A stretch of DNA of 64,000 nucleotides from Candidatus Latescibacterota bacterium (GCA_965248265.1 CBDFJF010000002.1:3424001-3488000), one strand, 5' to 3'. Counted from the stretch's first letter, positions 1 to 7,515 are shown. Notes: generated from the sequence alone by a model not told the origin. A program made the numbers and translations.

Positions 1-42
1 TGCACGCAGGATATACATTTCTATAGGCCCGAGATATCGGGC

Positions 43-492
43 ATGTCCATGATCCTGGTGGACCATAACCGGCCCAACCATACCCTGTTCTATGGCTGCC
101 TGATCGAGGGGGCACAGCATACGATCAACCTGCACCCGAGTGTCGTGCGGGATAAGCTGGACAGTCTTCCGCCTGACACCGGGTACGTAGAGCAGATTAG
201 CGGTAGCCCCGAGTGGTGCGCTGCTTCGTGGCGGCCCTTATGGTGCACGCACCACCACTCTGAGTATGGAATATTCACGCTGCACAACCGGGCGGACCCG
301 GAACGCGTCGGGGAAGCAGTCGAAACAGCCAGGCGCTGCAAGCGCGTGCTGGAAAAAGCTATCGCCCTGATCTACGCACTCTCCGATTTGGAGCGAGACG
401 CCAGCATCATCGATCACGAGCATCGGCTGCGGGCGTTGGAGTCGCAGTTGCGAAGGGCATTAGAGGAAGAGGCGTATGGTTTAAACGAGTAA
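43..492 (+). CDS. Hypothetical phage protein
   Basis: 149-aa ORF with coiled-coil-like C-terminus; no recognisable motif. Confidence 0.5.
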   Translation: MSMILVDHNRPNHTLFYGCLIEGAQHTINLHPSVVRDKLDSLPPDTGYVEQISGSPEWCAASWRPLWCTHHHSEYGIFTLHNRADPERVGEAVETARRCKRVLEKAIALIYALSDLERDASIIDHEHRLRALESQLRRALEEEAYGLNE

Positions 493-527
493 CGCCCCGC
501 TGGGATTGAGGCCCAGCAGAGCGTTAC
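489..527 (+). terminator. Hairpin after first ORF, possible terminator
   Basis: GTAACGC/GCGTTAC and GCTGGG/CCCAGC nested inverted repeats; no clear U-tract. Confidence 0.35.
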
Positions 528-679
528 AATGAGGCCCCAAATTAGCGTCACTGATTTCACCCGACCAAAGGTAATAGGAGTTAGCCGTTTTGAGGTTAGC
601 ACAAATAAAAACACTCCAAGGGCATAGCGCAAGCAAAAAAGCGCATCCTGGCACAATCTCACACAAGGCGGGCGTTTAA

Positions 680-1480
680 ATGGCCCGCCCCTGCCGCAGC
701 ACCAACACCGCCCAGCTGGCGGCTGCCCTGGCCCACGTCCAGGCCAAGCTCAAGTCCGCTGAGAAGTCCTCAGTAAATCCCCACCTCAAGAACAAGTACG
801 CCGACCTGGAGTCCATCTGGAACGCCCTGCAGCCGCTGCTGGGCCAGCAGGGCATCGCCGTCACCCAAGGCGGCGCTGTGACCGGCGGGGATGTCGTCCT
901 GGTCACCACGCTCATGCTGGGTGACGAGTGGATAGAGTCGCGCATCCCTGTGCGGCCCGAGACCCAGAAGGGTTTAAACGCCGCGCAGTCTTTCGGCGTA
1001 GCCTGGAGCTACACCCGACGCTATGCCCTGGCTGCCATCTGTGGCGTGCAGACGGGCGAGGACACGGACGGGGCTACCGACAAGCCATCCGTTCCACGTG
1101 GAGCACCGCCCGATATCCCCGAGGACGAGAACCCACCCGAGAAAAACAAGGCTCCGTACTACCGCTATCTGGAGCGCTGCCAACAACTGAAGAAGTCCCT
1201 CGATGACGACGAGGCGTACTACGAAATCCTGGCTGGCTTCAAGCTCAACAAATCCAACCAAACCAAGGATGTCAACGTCATGTCCGATGTGGTCGTCGCC
1301 CTGCAGGAGGCGGTCGTCGCCCTGGTGGCTGCCCACATAGTGAACGCCGAGAAAAGGCGCAGGATGTCCAAGGCCACCATCGAGACCAAGCGCAGGGAGC
1401 TGCTTACGGATTGGAAGAGCCTGCACAAAAACAGCGAACTGTCCCTGCGCAAGTACCTGGCTTCCATAGGGGGGGAGTAA
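680..1480 (+). CDS. ERF-family ssDNA-annealing recombination protein
   Basis: K...NPHLKNKYADL, L...GI.V.Q and AQSFGVAWSYTRRYALAAICGV...EDTDG, typical of ERF. Confidence 0.88.
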   Translation: MARPCRSTNTAQLAAALAHVQAKLKSAEKSSVNPHLKNKYADLESIWNALQPLLGQQGIAVTQGGAVTGGDVVLVTTLMLGDEWIESRIPVRPETQKGLNAAQSFGVAWSYTRRYALAAICGVQTGEDTDGATDKPSVPRGAPPDIPEDENPPEKNKAPYYRYLERCQQLKKSLDDDEAYYEILAGFKLNKSNQTKDVNVMSDVVVALQEAVVALVAAHIVNAEKRRRMSKATIETKRRELLTDWKSLHKNSELSLRKYLASIGGE

Positions 1481-1707
1481 TGGGACTACGCGTTACACAC
1501 AGCTCTGATGTCAACATGGCGTGCGACCACGTAGGCTGCGCCAGTTCCTTTCACAAAACCTGGGTCAACGATGTCGGGCACTGTTTAATCCTCGCCCGCA
1601 ACGAAGGCTGGTATATCGGCACCCCCGAGTCAGACGACCCGGACAGACCCACCCTCACGTTTTGCCCTACCCACCATTCGAAGGAGGAAAGCAATGCCGC
1701 TGTATGA
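1480..1707 (+). CDS. Small Cys/His-rich hypothetical protein
   Basis: ATG overlaps ERF stop, GGGGAG RBS; CDHVGC...FCPTH putative Zn ligands. Confidence 0.6.
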   Translation: MGLRVTHSSDVNMACDHVGCASSFHKTWVNDVGHCLILARNEGWYIGTPESDDPDRPTLTFCPTHHSKEESNAAV

Positions 1708-1900
1708 AGTTGCCCTCATTAAACGCCCCACCAAGAAGGAAGCCGAGGACGGAGCCGAGGAAACGCTGGTAATGCCGCCGACCCCCGTGCTCTCACGGGA
1801 CGACCAGTCCGCCGCCATCCAGGCGGTCATGCTCAAGAAGGACGATATCGACCCGGCCGACATGCAGCGAGTGCAGGTGCTGGTACGCCCTTTCGCGTAG
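1694..1900 (+). CDS. Hypothetical phage protein
   Basis: AGGAGG RBS, tightly packed operon. Confidence 0.7.
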   Translation: MPLYEVALIKRPTKKEAEDGAEETLVMPPTPVLSRDDQSAAIQAVMLKKDDIDPADMQRVQVLVRPFA

Positions 1901-1902
1901 AG

Positions 1903-2115
1903 GTGACGGAGAAGCGCGAACCCGCCGTCACCCGAGAGCTATTGAGTTCGCAGAAGAAACCGTTTAAACCGCCGCCCAGCAGGCCCTGGACGGATCAGGA
2001 AGCGGTAGCCGACTGGTTCGACGGGCACGACCAGCTAACCAGCAATGTGACCTACACCGCTGCCCCGACTCAGGCGAATGTCTACATGGCATCAGCGCTG
2101 AGCAGCAACACATGA
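1903..2115 (+). CDS. Hypothetical phage protein
   Basis: Operonic packing, stop overlaps next ATG. Confidence 0.5.
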   Translation: MTEKREPAVTRELLSSQKKPFKPPPSRPWTDQEAVADWFDGHDQLTSNVTYTAAPTQANVYMASALSSNT

Positions 2116-2378
2116 GCAAGGACACGCTGCGAGCGTTCTCGCGGGATGGCAAGGTGGTGCTCCAGTTCGGGCCACATGAATGGGACAAAATCGAGTTGCC
2201 CGCTGAGGAGGGGCGCAGGCTACGGGATCAGTTGACCATGATATGCCGCCACGTCGCCAAAGGGCGTGGCTATTACTTCTACGATGCTAACAGGAGGAAG
2301 GGGAGACATGCAGGTCAAATTAGCGGAGGCACTGCTAAGAAGGAAGGAGCTGCAGCAGAAGGTAAAGCAGCTGGCTGA
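2112..2378 (+). CDS. Hypothetical phage protein
   Basis: ATGA overlap with previous gene; 3' end overlaps next gene. Confidence 0.5.
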   Translation: MSKDTLRAFSRDGKVVLQFGPHEWDKIELPAEEGRRLRDQLTMICRHVAKGRGYYFYDANRRKGRHAGQISGGTAKKEGAAAEGKAAG

Positions 2379-2625
2379 AATCAACGTGCGTGACCTCTAC
2401 GAGGTGAAGGCGCAGCGCAAAAAAGTCACCGACGACGTAGACGACATCGTGGTCCAGGTACCGCTGCTGACCATAGACCAGGTGACCCACGCCCACGACT
2501 GGCACGCCAAGCGGCTGCGGGAAGTGGACGCGGTGATTCAACAGGCGAACTGGGCCACAGACGTAGAGGTCGCAGACATGAGCGACTACGAGCCCCCACC
2601 CGAACTGCAGAAGAGGTCAAGATGA
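2308..2625 (+). CDS. DIP1984/DUF6847-like coiled-coil protein
   Basis: KLAEALLRRKELQQKV at N-terminus and LREVDAVIQQANW near C-terminus resemble this family; purine-rich RBS before ATG 2308. Confidence 0.6.
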   Translation: MQVKLAEALLRRKELQQKVKQLAEINVRDLYEVKAQRKKVTDDVDDIVVQVPLLTIDQVTHAHDWHAKRLREVDAVIQQANWATDVEVADMSDYEPPPELQKRSR

Positions 2626-3482
2626 GTCCGAAAACAACCGTCCGCTTAGGCATAGGCCTTGTCGGTGTGATGTTCGTGATGATCGTACTGGCTGCCAGCT
2701 TTGAAACCGTGAGTACCAACCACGTCGCTGTGGGCCTGCGCTTCGGCAAGGTAACCGGCGACGTGCTGGACGAAGGGCTACACCTGGTTAACCCGATTCT
2801 CGACTGGGACCACTTCAACTGCTTGGAGCAGGAAGTCACCTTCAAGGGCATCACGGTGCCCGCCGAGGATCAGATGAAGGCGACGATGGATGTCACGGTG
2901 AAGGGCAGGTTCATGCCCGCCCATGCCGTGGTGCAGCGTCGGGAAACCGGCACGCAGCAGCAGGTGATCGCCACGCACTTTCAGCCCATTGCACGCGGTG
3001 CCCTGCGCGAGGCGGGACGCTCCACGTCGAAGGTCGAGGAGTTCTACGAGGACTCCAAGGTTGAGGAGTACCAATCCAACGCCCTGGCCATCCTGCAGGA
3101 AGGGCTGTCTGCCAAGGGCTACGAGATCACCGACGTGATCGTGCGAGACGTGAGCCTGCCCGAAGTCATCACCGCTGCCATCACCGCCAAGAAACAGCGG
3201 GAACAGGAGGTTGAGAAACAGCGGGCTGAGCTGAGCCGCATCGAGCTGGTGGCCGAACAGAAGGTCAAGCAGGCCATCGCGGACCGTGATGCCGCCGTGG
3301 AGATAGCGGTGGCCATCAGGGTGACCGCCGAAGCCGAGGCTTACGCCATCGAGGTCAAGAAGGCTGAGCTAACCGACCAGTACATCTCGTTTAAACTGGC
3401 CGAGGCGTGGGACGGGGGACTGCCGAAGCTGATGGGTAGCGGCGTCGTGCCGTTTCTCGACCTCACCGCGATGACGCAGTAA
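2622..3482 (+). CDS. SPFH/prohibitin (band 7) membrane protein
   Basis: N-terminal TM helix, V..RFGKV...L.EGLH.VNP, DV.VRDV.LP..I..AI..K, AEAEA coiled coil, WDG.LP. Confidence 0.9.
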   Translation: MSPKTTVRLGIGLVGVMFVMIVLAASFETVSTNHVAVGLRFGKVTGDVLDEGLHLVNPILDWDHFNCLEQEVTFKGITVPAEDQMKATMDVTVKGRFMPAHAVVQRRETGTQQQVIATHFQPIARGALREAGRSTSKVEEFYEDSKVEEYQSNALAILQEGLSAKGYEITDVIVRDVSLPEVITAAITAKKQREQEVEKQRAELSRIELVAEQKVKQAIADRDAAVEIAVAIRVTAEAEAYAIEVKKAELTDQYISFKLAEAWDGGLPKLMGSGVVPFLDLTAMTQ

Positions 3483-3583
3483 TGCACCTGTTGCTGGTGG
3501 GGGTCGCCATCGGAATTGTCATCGGCCATCTGGTAACAGTGTACTGGCCCGACATAGTGCGCAAGGCCACCAAACGTAAATAG
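3482..3583 (+). CDS. 33-aa single-pass membrane peptide
   Basis: MHLLLVGVAIGIVIGHLVTVYWPDIVRKATKRK; ATG overlaps SPFH stop; below ORF-track cutoff. Confidence 0.55.
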   Translation: MHLLLVGVAIGIVIGHLVTVYWPDIVRKATKRK

Positions 3584-3601
3584 CGCGGGGTGCGCTAAAT
3601 A

Positions 3602-3921
3602 GGACGAGAAAGGGCGTAGGAAACGCATGAGGTTGGCCGCGTACCTCACCCAAACGCGAGAAGCATCCGGTTGCTTCGACTGCAATTATCGCAACGGTAG
3701 CTCACTGGTAGAGCATCAGCCCTGAGAGCTGAGTGTAGCGGGTTCAATTCCCGTCCACTGCATCCGCCTGTTAAGCGGGTATAGAGACACCCAGGATAGA
3801 CTGGGGCGAAGCCCGATTGACCGAATCGCGAACGGTGAGACATCCGAACTGACCGAATAGCCGCACATCCGACGCCCGAATGCGAGAAGCCCGACTAACC
3901 ACGTTTCCGACTTTCTCGTCC
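3602..3921 (+). ncRNA. Candidate large structured ncRNA with embedded tRNA-like domain
   Basis: GGACGAGAAAG (3602-12) pairs with CTTTCTCGTCC (3911-21); GGAAACG (3619-25) pairs with CGTTTCC (3902-08); internal hairpins, pseudoknot and CCGA repeats; no credible ORF. Confidence 0.6.
3691..3762 (+). tRNA. Atypical tRNA or tRNA-like element, anticodon TGA (Ser) but short variable loop
   Basis: D arm GCTC-ACTGGTA-GAGC, anticodon arm TCAGC-CCTGAGA-GCTGA, T arm GCGGG-TTCAATT-CCCGT; two acceptor-stem mismatches; no encoded CCA. Confidence 0.75.
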
Positions 3922-3941
3922 GACCATCCAGGAGAACCACG

Positions 3942-4355
3942 ATGATCTACACCACCGTCACATGGCCACGTGAACGCTGGCCCAACTTCACCTTCAACGA
4001 GATGGCCTGCACCCACTGCGGCGTGTGTGATGTGGACGAGCTGTTCATGGACACGCTGCAGCTGATCCGCAACGAGCTGAGCACCGCCATGCAGATCACC
4101 AGCGGCTACCGCTGCGCCGATCACCCTATAGAAGTCCTCAAGGCGAAGCCTGGGAGCCATGAGAAGGGTTGCGCCGTGGATGTGGCCTGTTGGGGGGCTC
4201 GCGCCTACCGACTCCTACAGGCCGCGTGCAAGGACGACAGGATGGCGGGTATTGGCATCCACCAGAGCCCCAAGGCCCCCAATGCCAAACGATTCCTGCA
4301 TCTGGATCAGCTGGTAGCCGACTATCGCCCGGCGCTGTGGAGCTACGACAAATGA
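3942..4355 (+). CDS. Peptidase M15 family (Zn D-Ala-D-Ala peptidase), endolysin-like
   Basis: NF...EMAC..CG, ITSGYRC..H, SH..G.AVD, FLHLD motifs; AGGAG RBS. Confidence 0.88.
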   Translation: MIYTTVTWPRERWPNFTFNEMACTHCGVCDVDELFMDTLQLIRNELSTAMQITSGYRCADHPIEVLKAKPGSHEKGCAVDVACWGARAYRLLQAACKDDRMAGIGIHQSPKAPNAKRFLHLDQLVADYRPALWSYDK

Positions 4356-4705
4356 CCAAAACCGAGGTGTGCGTGCTCATCGACGGGCTGTGGGTCAGCA
4401 AGGCTCACCGCGACGGACTGAAGTACAAAATCAAGACCCGCACCTTTACGCCATCAGATTTGGATGAATGGGGCGGACGGTTTAAACGGGCTCTCGACAA
4501 GCAGCAGGAGCTGGTGATGGCCCACGCCAGCGGGGCGGCCGACGCCCAGGAAGTGCAGGAGTTGTCCCTGGACTACAGCGGCATCGAGCTAAAAAAGAAG
4601 AAACGCATGGCTGCAGGCAGGCTACTGCGTCAGGTAATCAAGGAGCAAGCCGGGTTGACCATCCCCGCTGACCTATCCCGTTCTGCCGTGGAGCAATACG
4701 TATGA
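4352..4705 (+). CDS. Hypothetical phage protein
   Basis: ATGA overlap with the peptidase; start MTKTEV. Confidence 0.6.
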   Translation: MTKTEVCVLIDGLWVSKAHRDGLKYKIKTRTFTPSDLDEWGGRFKRALDKQQELVMAHASGAADAQEVQELSLDYSGIELKKKKRMAAGRLLRQVIKEQAGLTIPADLSRSAVEQYV

Positions 4706-5040
4706 ATGAACTATCAGACATCCTGGCCCAGGCGGCAGCTGACGCCGAGCAAGTGCGAGCGGAAGCCATAGATGTCAAGCAAGAAGAGGCGGAGGGCAAG
4801 GCGGCCAGACGCCGCCACGTGCACTCCATACCCAAGATGTTCTTTACGTGGCGCGAGGCGGCCTGGGTATCGGGCATCGGTATGCGGACGCTACAGCGCT
4901 TCGCCAAAGAAGGCCAGCTCAGAATCTGCCGTATCGGCGGCGTCACCCGTATCCGCCGTGAGGACTTGGACCAACTCGCAATCGACCACATGGTGACTGA
5001 TGACGACGATAACGGACCCAACATACAACAATCAGTTTGA
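4702..5040 (+). CDS. Excisionase-like HTH_17 DNA-binding protein
   Basis: FTWREAAWVSGIGMRTLQRFAKEGQLRICRIGGVTRIRREDLD. Confidence 0.8.
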   Translation: MNELSDILAQAAADAEQVRAEAIDVKQEEAEGKAARRRHVHSIPKMFFTWREAAWVSGIGMRTLQRFAKEGQLRICRIGGVTRIRREDLDQLAIDHMVTDDDDNGPNIQQSV

Positions 5041-5512
5041 CCAGTATTTCAACGAGGATGGCCCGGAACCGATGGACATACGGGCCGATGAGGACGCCGA
5101 GGTGCACGCCCGCTGCCTGCGTTATTGGCAGGAGCAGTATGAGGTAGTATCCAATCGCTTTGACGAAGAGGTGGCCCGCCTGATCGGACGCGCCGAGAAG
5201 GCCCTGAATAGCATCAGACGGCGCGAAGCATGGCACGAGGCGTCCCTGAAGATGTTTTACCAGTACAAGGGCGAGAAGCGGCTGGTAATGGCCAACGCCA
5301 CGCTGTCGAGCCAGAAGGGGCGGGAGCGCATCGAGGTGGCCGATATGGACGCCCTGGAGTCCTGGGCGGTGACTGAGGGCTACGAGAGTCTTCTAAACCG
5401 GAAGGTGGACCCCGACAAGGCGGCCATCATGGCGCACGTCAAGAACACGGGCGAGGAGCCGCCGGGGGTGAGCCTGGAGCGCGGAGAGGATTCCTTTAAG
5501 GTGAAATTTTGA
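5000..5512 (+). CDS. Mu Gam-like host-nuclease inhibitor or Gp157-like protein
   Basis: Helical N-terminus; C-terminal K..PDKAAI......GEEPPGV......SF.VK pattern. Confidence 0.7.
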   Translation: MTTITDPTYNNQFDQYFNEDGPEPMDIRADEDAEVHARCLRYWQEQYEVVSNRFDEEVARLIGRAEKALNSIRRREAWHEASLKMFYQYKGEKRLVMANATLSSQKGRERIEVADMDALESWAVTEGYESLLNRKVDPDKAAIMAHVKNTGEEPPGVSLERGEDSFKVKF

Positions 5513-6612
5513 CGCTGAGCTTTGAGGCAGTAGACCAAGCGCGGGCGTACACACAAACTCGCGGGGTGCCCCATATTGAAACAGCACGTATCGCCAATGC
5601 AATGTTTCATCAGCTGCGGCAAGACTCCTACGTCAAGCGGTATACCAGACAAAGCATCACAAACGCTGTTGGGGTCATAGCAGAGCAGCGCACAATGGCG
5701 TTAACATTAACCTCAACTCTGGCGTCAGATTCGCCAATGGCGGACACTATCGAGTCAAGGGTGTTAACGTCCTTTGACGATGGCGCTCTAAAATTTAGCA
5801 ATCGCCTTTCGGGGCAAAAAGAAGCCCTCAAAGTAGGTAATCGAGCCGTGAGTAAAAAAGAAGCCCTGTTTTGGGTGGCCAGCTCAATGCTGATGGCACA
5901 GGGGTATCTATGGCGTGATAATATTCGCATGATTGCCGCGCAGGGAACGGTCCCTGTGCACGTGTTTGGCAGGGACTCTTTACCCTACCCCATGATGTAT
6001 TGGTGCTTTGAAAATGCAGCGTGCCTTGACCCATTTGACAGAGGGGTTATTCCAAGACTGCCGCCCAGCGTAAGAGGGGTCGCCGAGCCCGGCGACGAGT
6101 TGTCTGGCGATGGGATTTTGGTGATAGACCAAGAGCAATGTGTCGTGATGGTGCAGATGGGTTCCTTGGAAAAACAAAATGGTGAGTGCTACTGCGTTTG
6201 TGACCACTTCACCCTGCCTTACGGACTGAGGTTCCCTGACGACTTCCCAGCCCAAACACGGGAACCGATACGAGTGCTCCTTGCCTTGCTATCGTTCCTT
6301 AATTCACCATTCATCGAAAAAAAACGAGAACGACCTAACCGTACAAGCAGGCGCGCAGCTCAACGCGAAAACGGCGAAGAAAACTCGCCCGATGTCTTTG
6401 TCGTTAAGCTACGACAGCCCGCCCACGCAACGGCAGCAAAAAAAGGCGGCGAGGTGGACGTAGACTGGAAGCATCAATGGCTGGTGCGAGGCCACCATCG
6501 CGCACAGTGGTATCCGTCAACGCAAACGCACAAGGTGATCTGGATTGCGCCCTACGTGAAGGGACCAGAAGATGCGCCCATGCTGGAGAAGGTGTACGAT
6601 GTCGTGCGGTAG
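5509..6612 (+). CDS. Hypothetical phage protein
   Basis: 367-aa ORF; C-terminal W.VRGHHR.QWYPS...HK.IWIAPYVKGP motif recalled from other phage proteins; visibly more AT-rich than neighbours. Confidence 0.7.
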   Translation: MTLSFEAVDQARAYTQTRGVPHIETARIANAMFHQLRQDSYVKRYTRQSITNAVGVIAEQRTMALTLTSTLASDSPMADTIESRVLTSFDDGALKFSNRLSGQKEALKVGNRAVSKKEALFWVASSMLMAQGYLWRDNIRMIAAQGTVPVHVFGRDSLPYPMMYWCFENAACLDPFDRGVIPRLPPSVRGVAEPGDELSGDGILVIDQEQCVVMVQMGSLEKQNGECYCVCDHFTLPYGLRFPDDFPAQTREPIRVLLALLSFLNSPFIEKKRERPNRTSRRAAQRENGEENSPDVFVVKLRQPAHATAAKKGGEVDVDWKHQWLVRGHHRAQWYPSTQTHKVIWIAPYVKGPEDAPMLEKVYDVVR

Positions 6613-6638
6613 TCCCGATAACGAGGGTTATCGTTAGT
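6611..6638. other. dif-like recombination site A (11-6-11)
   Basis: AGTCCCGATAA-CGAGGG-TTATCGTTAGT. Confidence 0.7.
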
Positions 6639-6807
6639 CCGTAACAATCCGCTCGTTGACGTACGCCTCTACATCCTGCCGCTTGATCCGCACACACTTG
6701 CCCAGCTTGATGTGCGGCAATTCCTTCCGCTGCAACAGCAAGCGGATGTAGCGCGGTGTTACCTGCCACATCTCCGCAACCTCATCCACCGTCATCAGCT
6801 GTTCCAT
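6634..6807 (-). CDS. Excisionase-like HTH_17 protein (cassette 1)
   Basis: LMTVDEVAEMWQVTPRYIRLLLQRKELPHIKLGKCVRI; stop codon lies inside site A. Confidence 0.85.
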   Translation of the reverse strand: MEQLMTVDEVAEMWQVTPRYIRLLLQRKELPHIKLGKCVRIKRQDVEAYVNERIVTD

Positions 6808-6812
6808 CGCAG

Positions 6813-6840
6813 ACCCATCATAAGAGGCCTTATCGTTAGT
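6813..6840. other. dif-like recombination site B
   Basis: ACCCATCATAA-GAGGCC-TTATCGTTAGT. Confidence 0.7.
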
Positions 6841-7040
6841 CACGCATCGGCGCAGCAGCTGGGCACCCAATCCTGCGTGTAGTCGCAATCGAGGCAGTAC
6901 AACCCACCCCGCCCCACGCGCAGTGGCCGATGGCTGTGCCCTCCGTCACCGCAAGTTAGCTCATGGAAATTTGGGTTTTCCTGCCACCGTCTAATGGCGT
7001 CGATTTCATACTGTGAAAATGGTGCCTTAACTTGCGGCAT
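6840..7040 (-). CDS. Small Zn-finger-like hypothetical protein (cassette 2)
   Basis: FHELTCG...H...LYCLDCDYTQDW; fits exactly between sites B and C. Confidence 0.7.
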   Translation of the reverse strand: MPQVKAPFSQYEIDAIRRWQENPNFHELTCGDGGHSHRPLRVGRGGLYCLDCDYTQDWVPSCCADA

Positions 7041-7043
7041 CTT

Positions 7044-7071
7044 ACTACTCATAATAGGTGTTATCGTTCGT
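7044..7071. other. dif-like recombination site C
   Basis: ACTACTCATAA-TAGGTG-TTATCGTTCGT (one mismatch in conserved arm). Confidence 0.65.
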
Positions 7072-7271
7072 CAGTCCCCGTACGACAGGCACAGCTTGCA
7101 CATGCACGGGCCGTCGTAGCCTTCGGGGTGCTCGTCCAACAGCTTCGTCATATCAAGAAGCGCGTCACGCTCTTGCTTCCAAGGCTGCAGTTCCGTCATC
7201 ACATCGAGCATGGCGCGAGCAAACAAATCAATCGCACCCTTGAGTTGGTCATATTCGCGCTGGCTGTTCAA
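7071..7271 (-). CDS. Hypothetical protein (cassette 3)
   Basis: EHPEGYDGPCMCKLCLSY motif; stop abuts site C. Confidence 0.65.
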   Translation of the reverse strand: MNSQREYDQLKGAIDLFARAMLDVMTELQPWKQERDALLDMTKLLDEHPEGYDGPCMCKLCLSYGD

Positions 7272-7483
7272 GGTTCCCTGCCCAGTTCCGTTAGTGCATT
7301 TTCAAACCGGCGAGCCATCGCCTCATTCCAGTTCCTTCCTGACCGCTCCAGATGAGACAGGTGCCCTTGGGTTATTTCCATGCAGTGGGCAACTTTGCTC
7401 AGCGATAGGCCAGCCGCTTCGCGCATTTTACGCGCTCGCTCGCCTGCCCCGGTGCCGTCAATCCTACCAAGTTCAAACCGCAT
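7268..7483 (-). CDS. XRE-family HTH protein (cassette 3)
   Basis: RKMREAAGLSLSKVAHCMEITQGHLSHLERSG; RBS lies within site D. Confidence 0.85.
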   Translation of the reverse strand: MRFELGRIDGTGAGERARKMREAAGLSLSKVAHCMEITQGHLSHLERSGRNWNEAMARRFENALTELGREP

Positions 7484-7487
7484 TTTG

Positions 7488-7515
7488 ACTCCCTTTAATC
7501 GGAATTATCGTTAGT
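7488..7515. other. dif-like recombination site D
   Basis: ACTCCCTTTAA-TCGGAA-TTATCGTTAGT. Confidence 0.7.

Noticed and set aside
3602-3921. Retron msr-msd, tmRNA or DGR component
   Set aside because: No reverse transcriptase in the window; the cloverleaf has a full anticodon arm, no G3:U70 pair and no tag ORF
6611-7515. Classical integron attC array (stop-overlapping CTAAC resembles the R'' box)
   Set aside because: Sites are only 28 bp with no matching distal GTTRRRY box or long hairpin, and neither recombinase shows an evident IntI-specific insertion
6611-7515. CRISPR array
   Set aside because: Repeat spacing is about 200-450 bp and filled by genes, only one 11-bp arm is conserved, and no cas genes were seen
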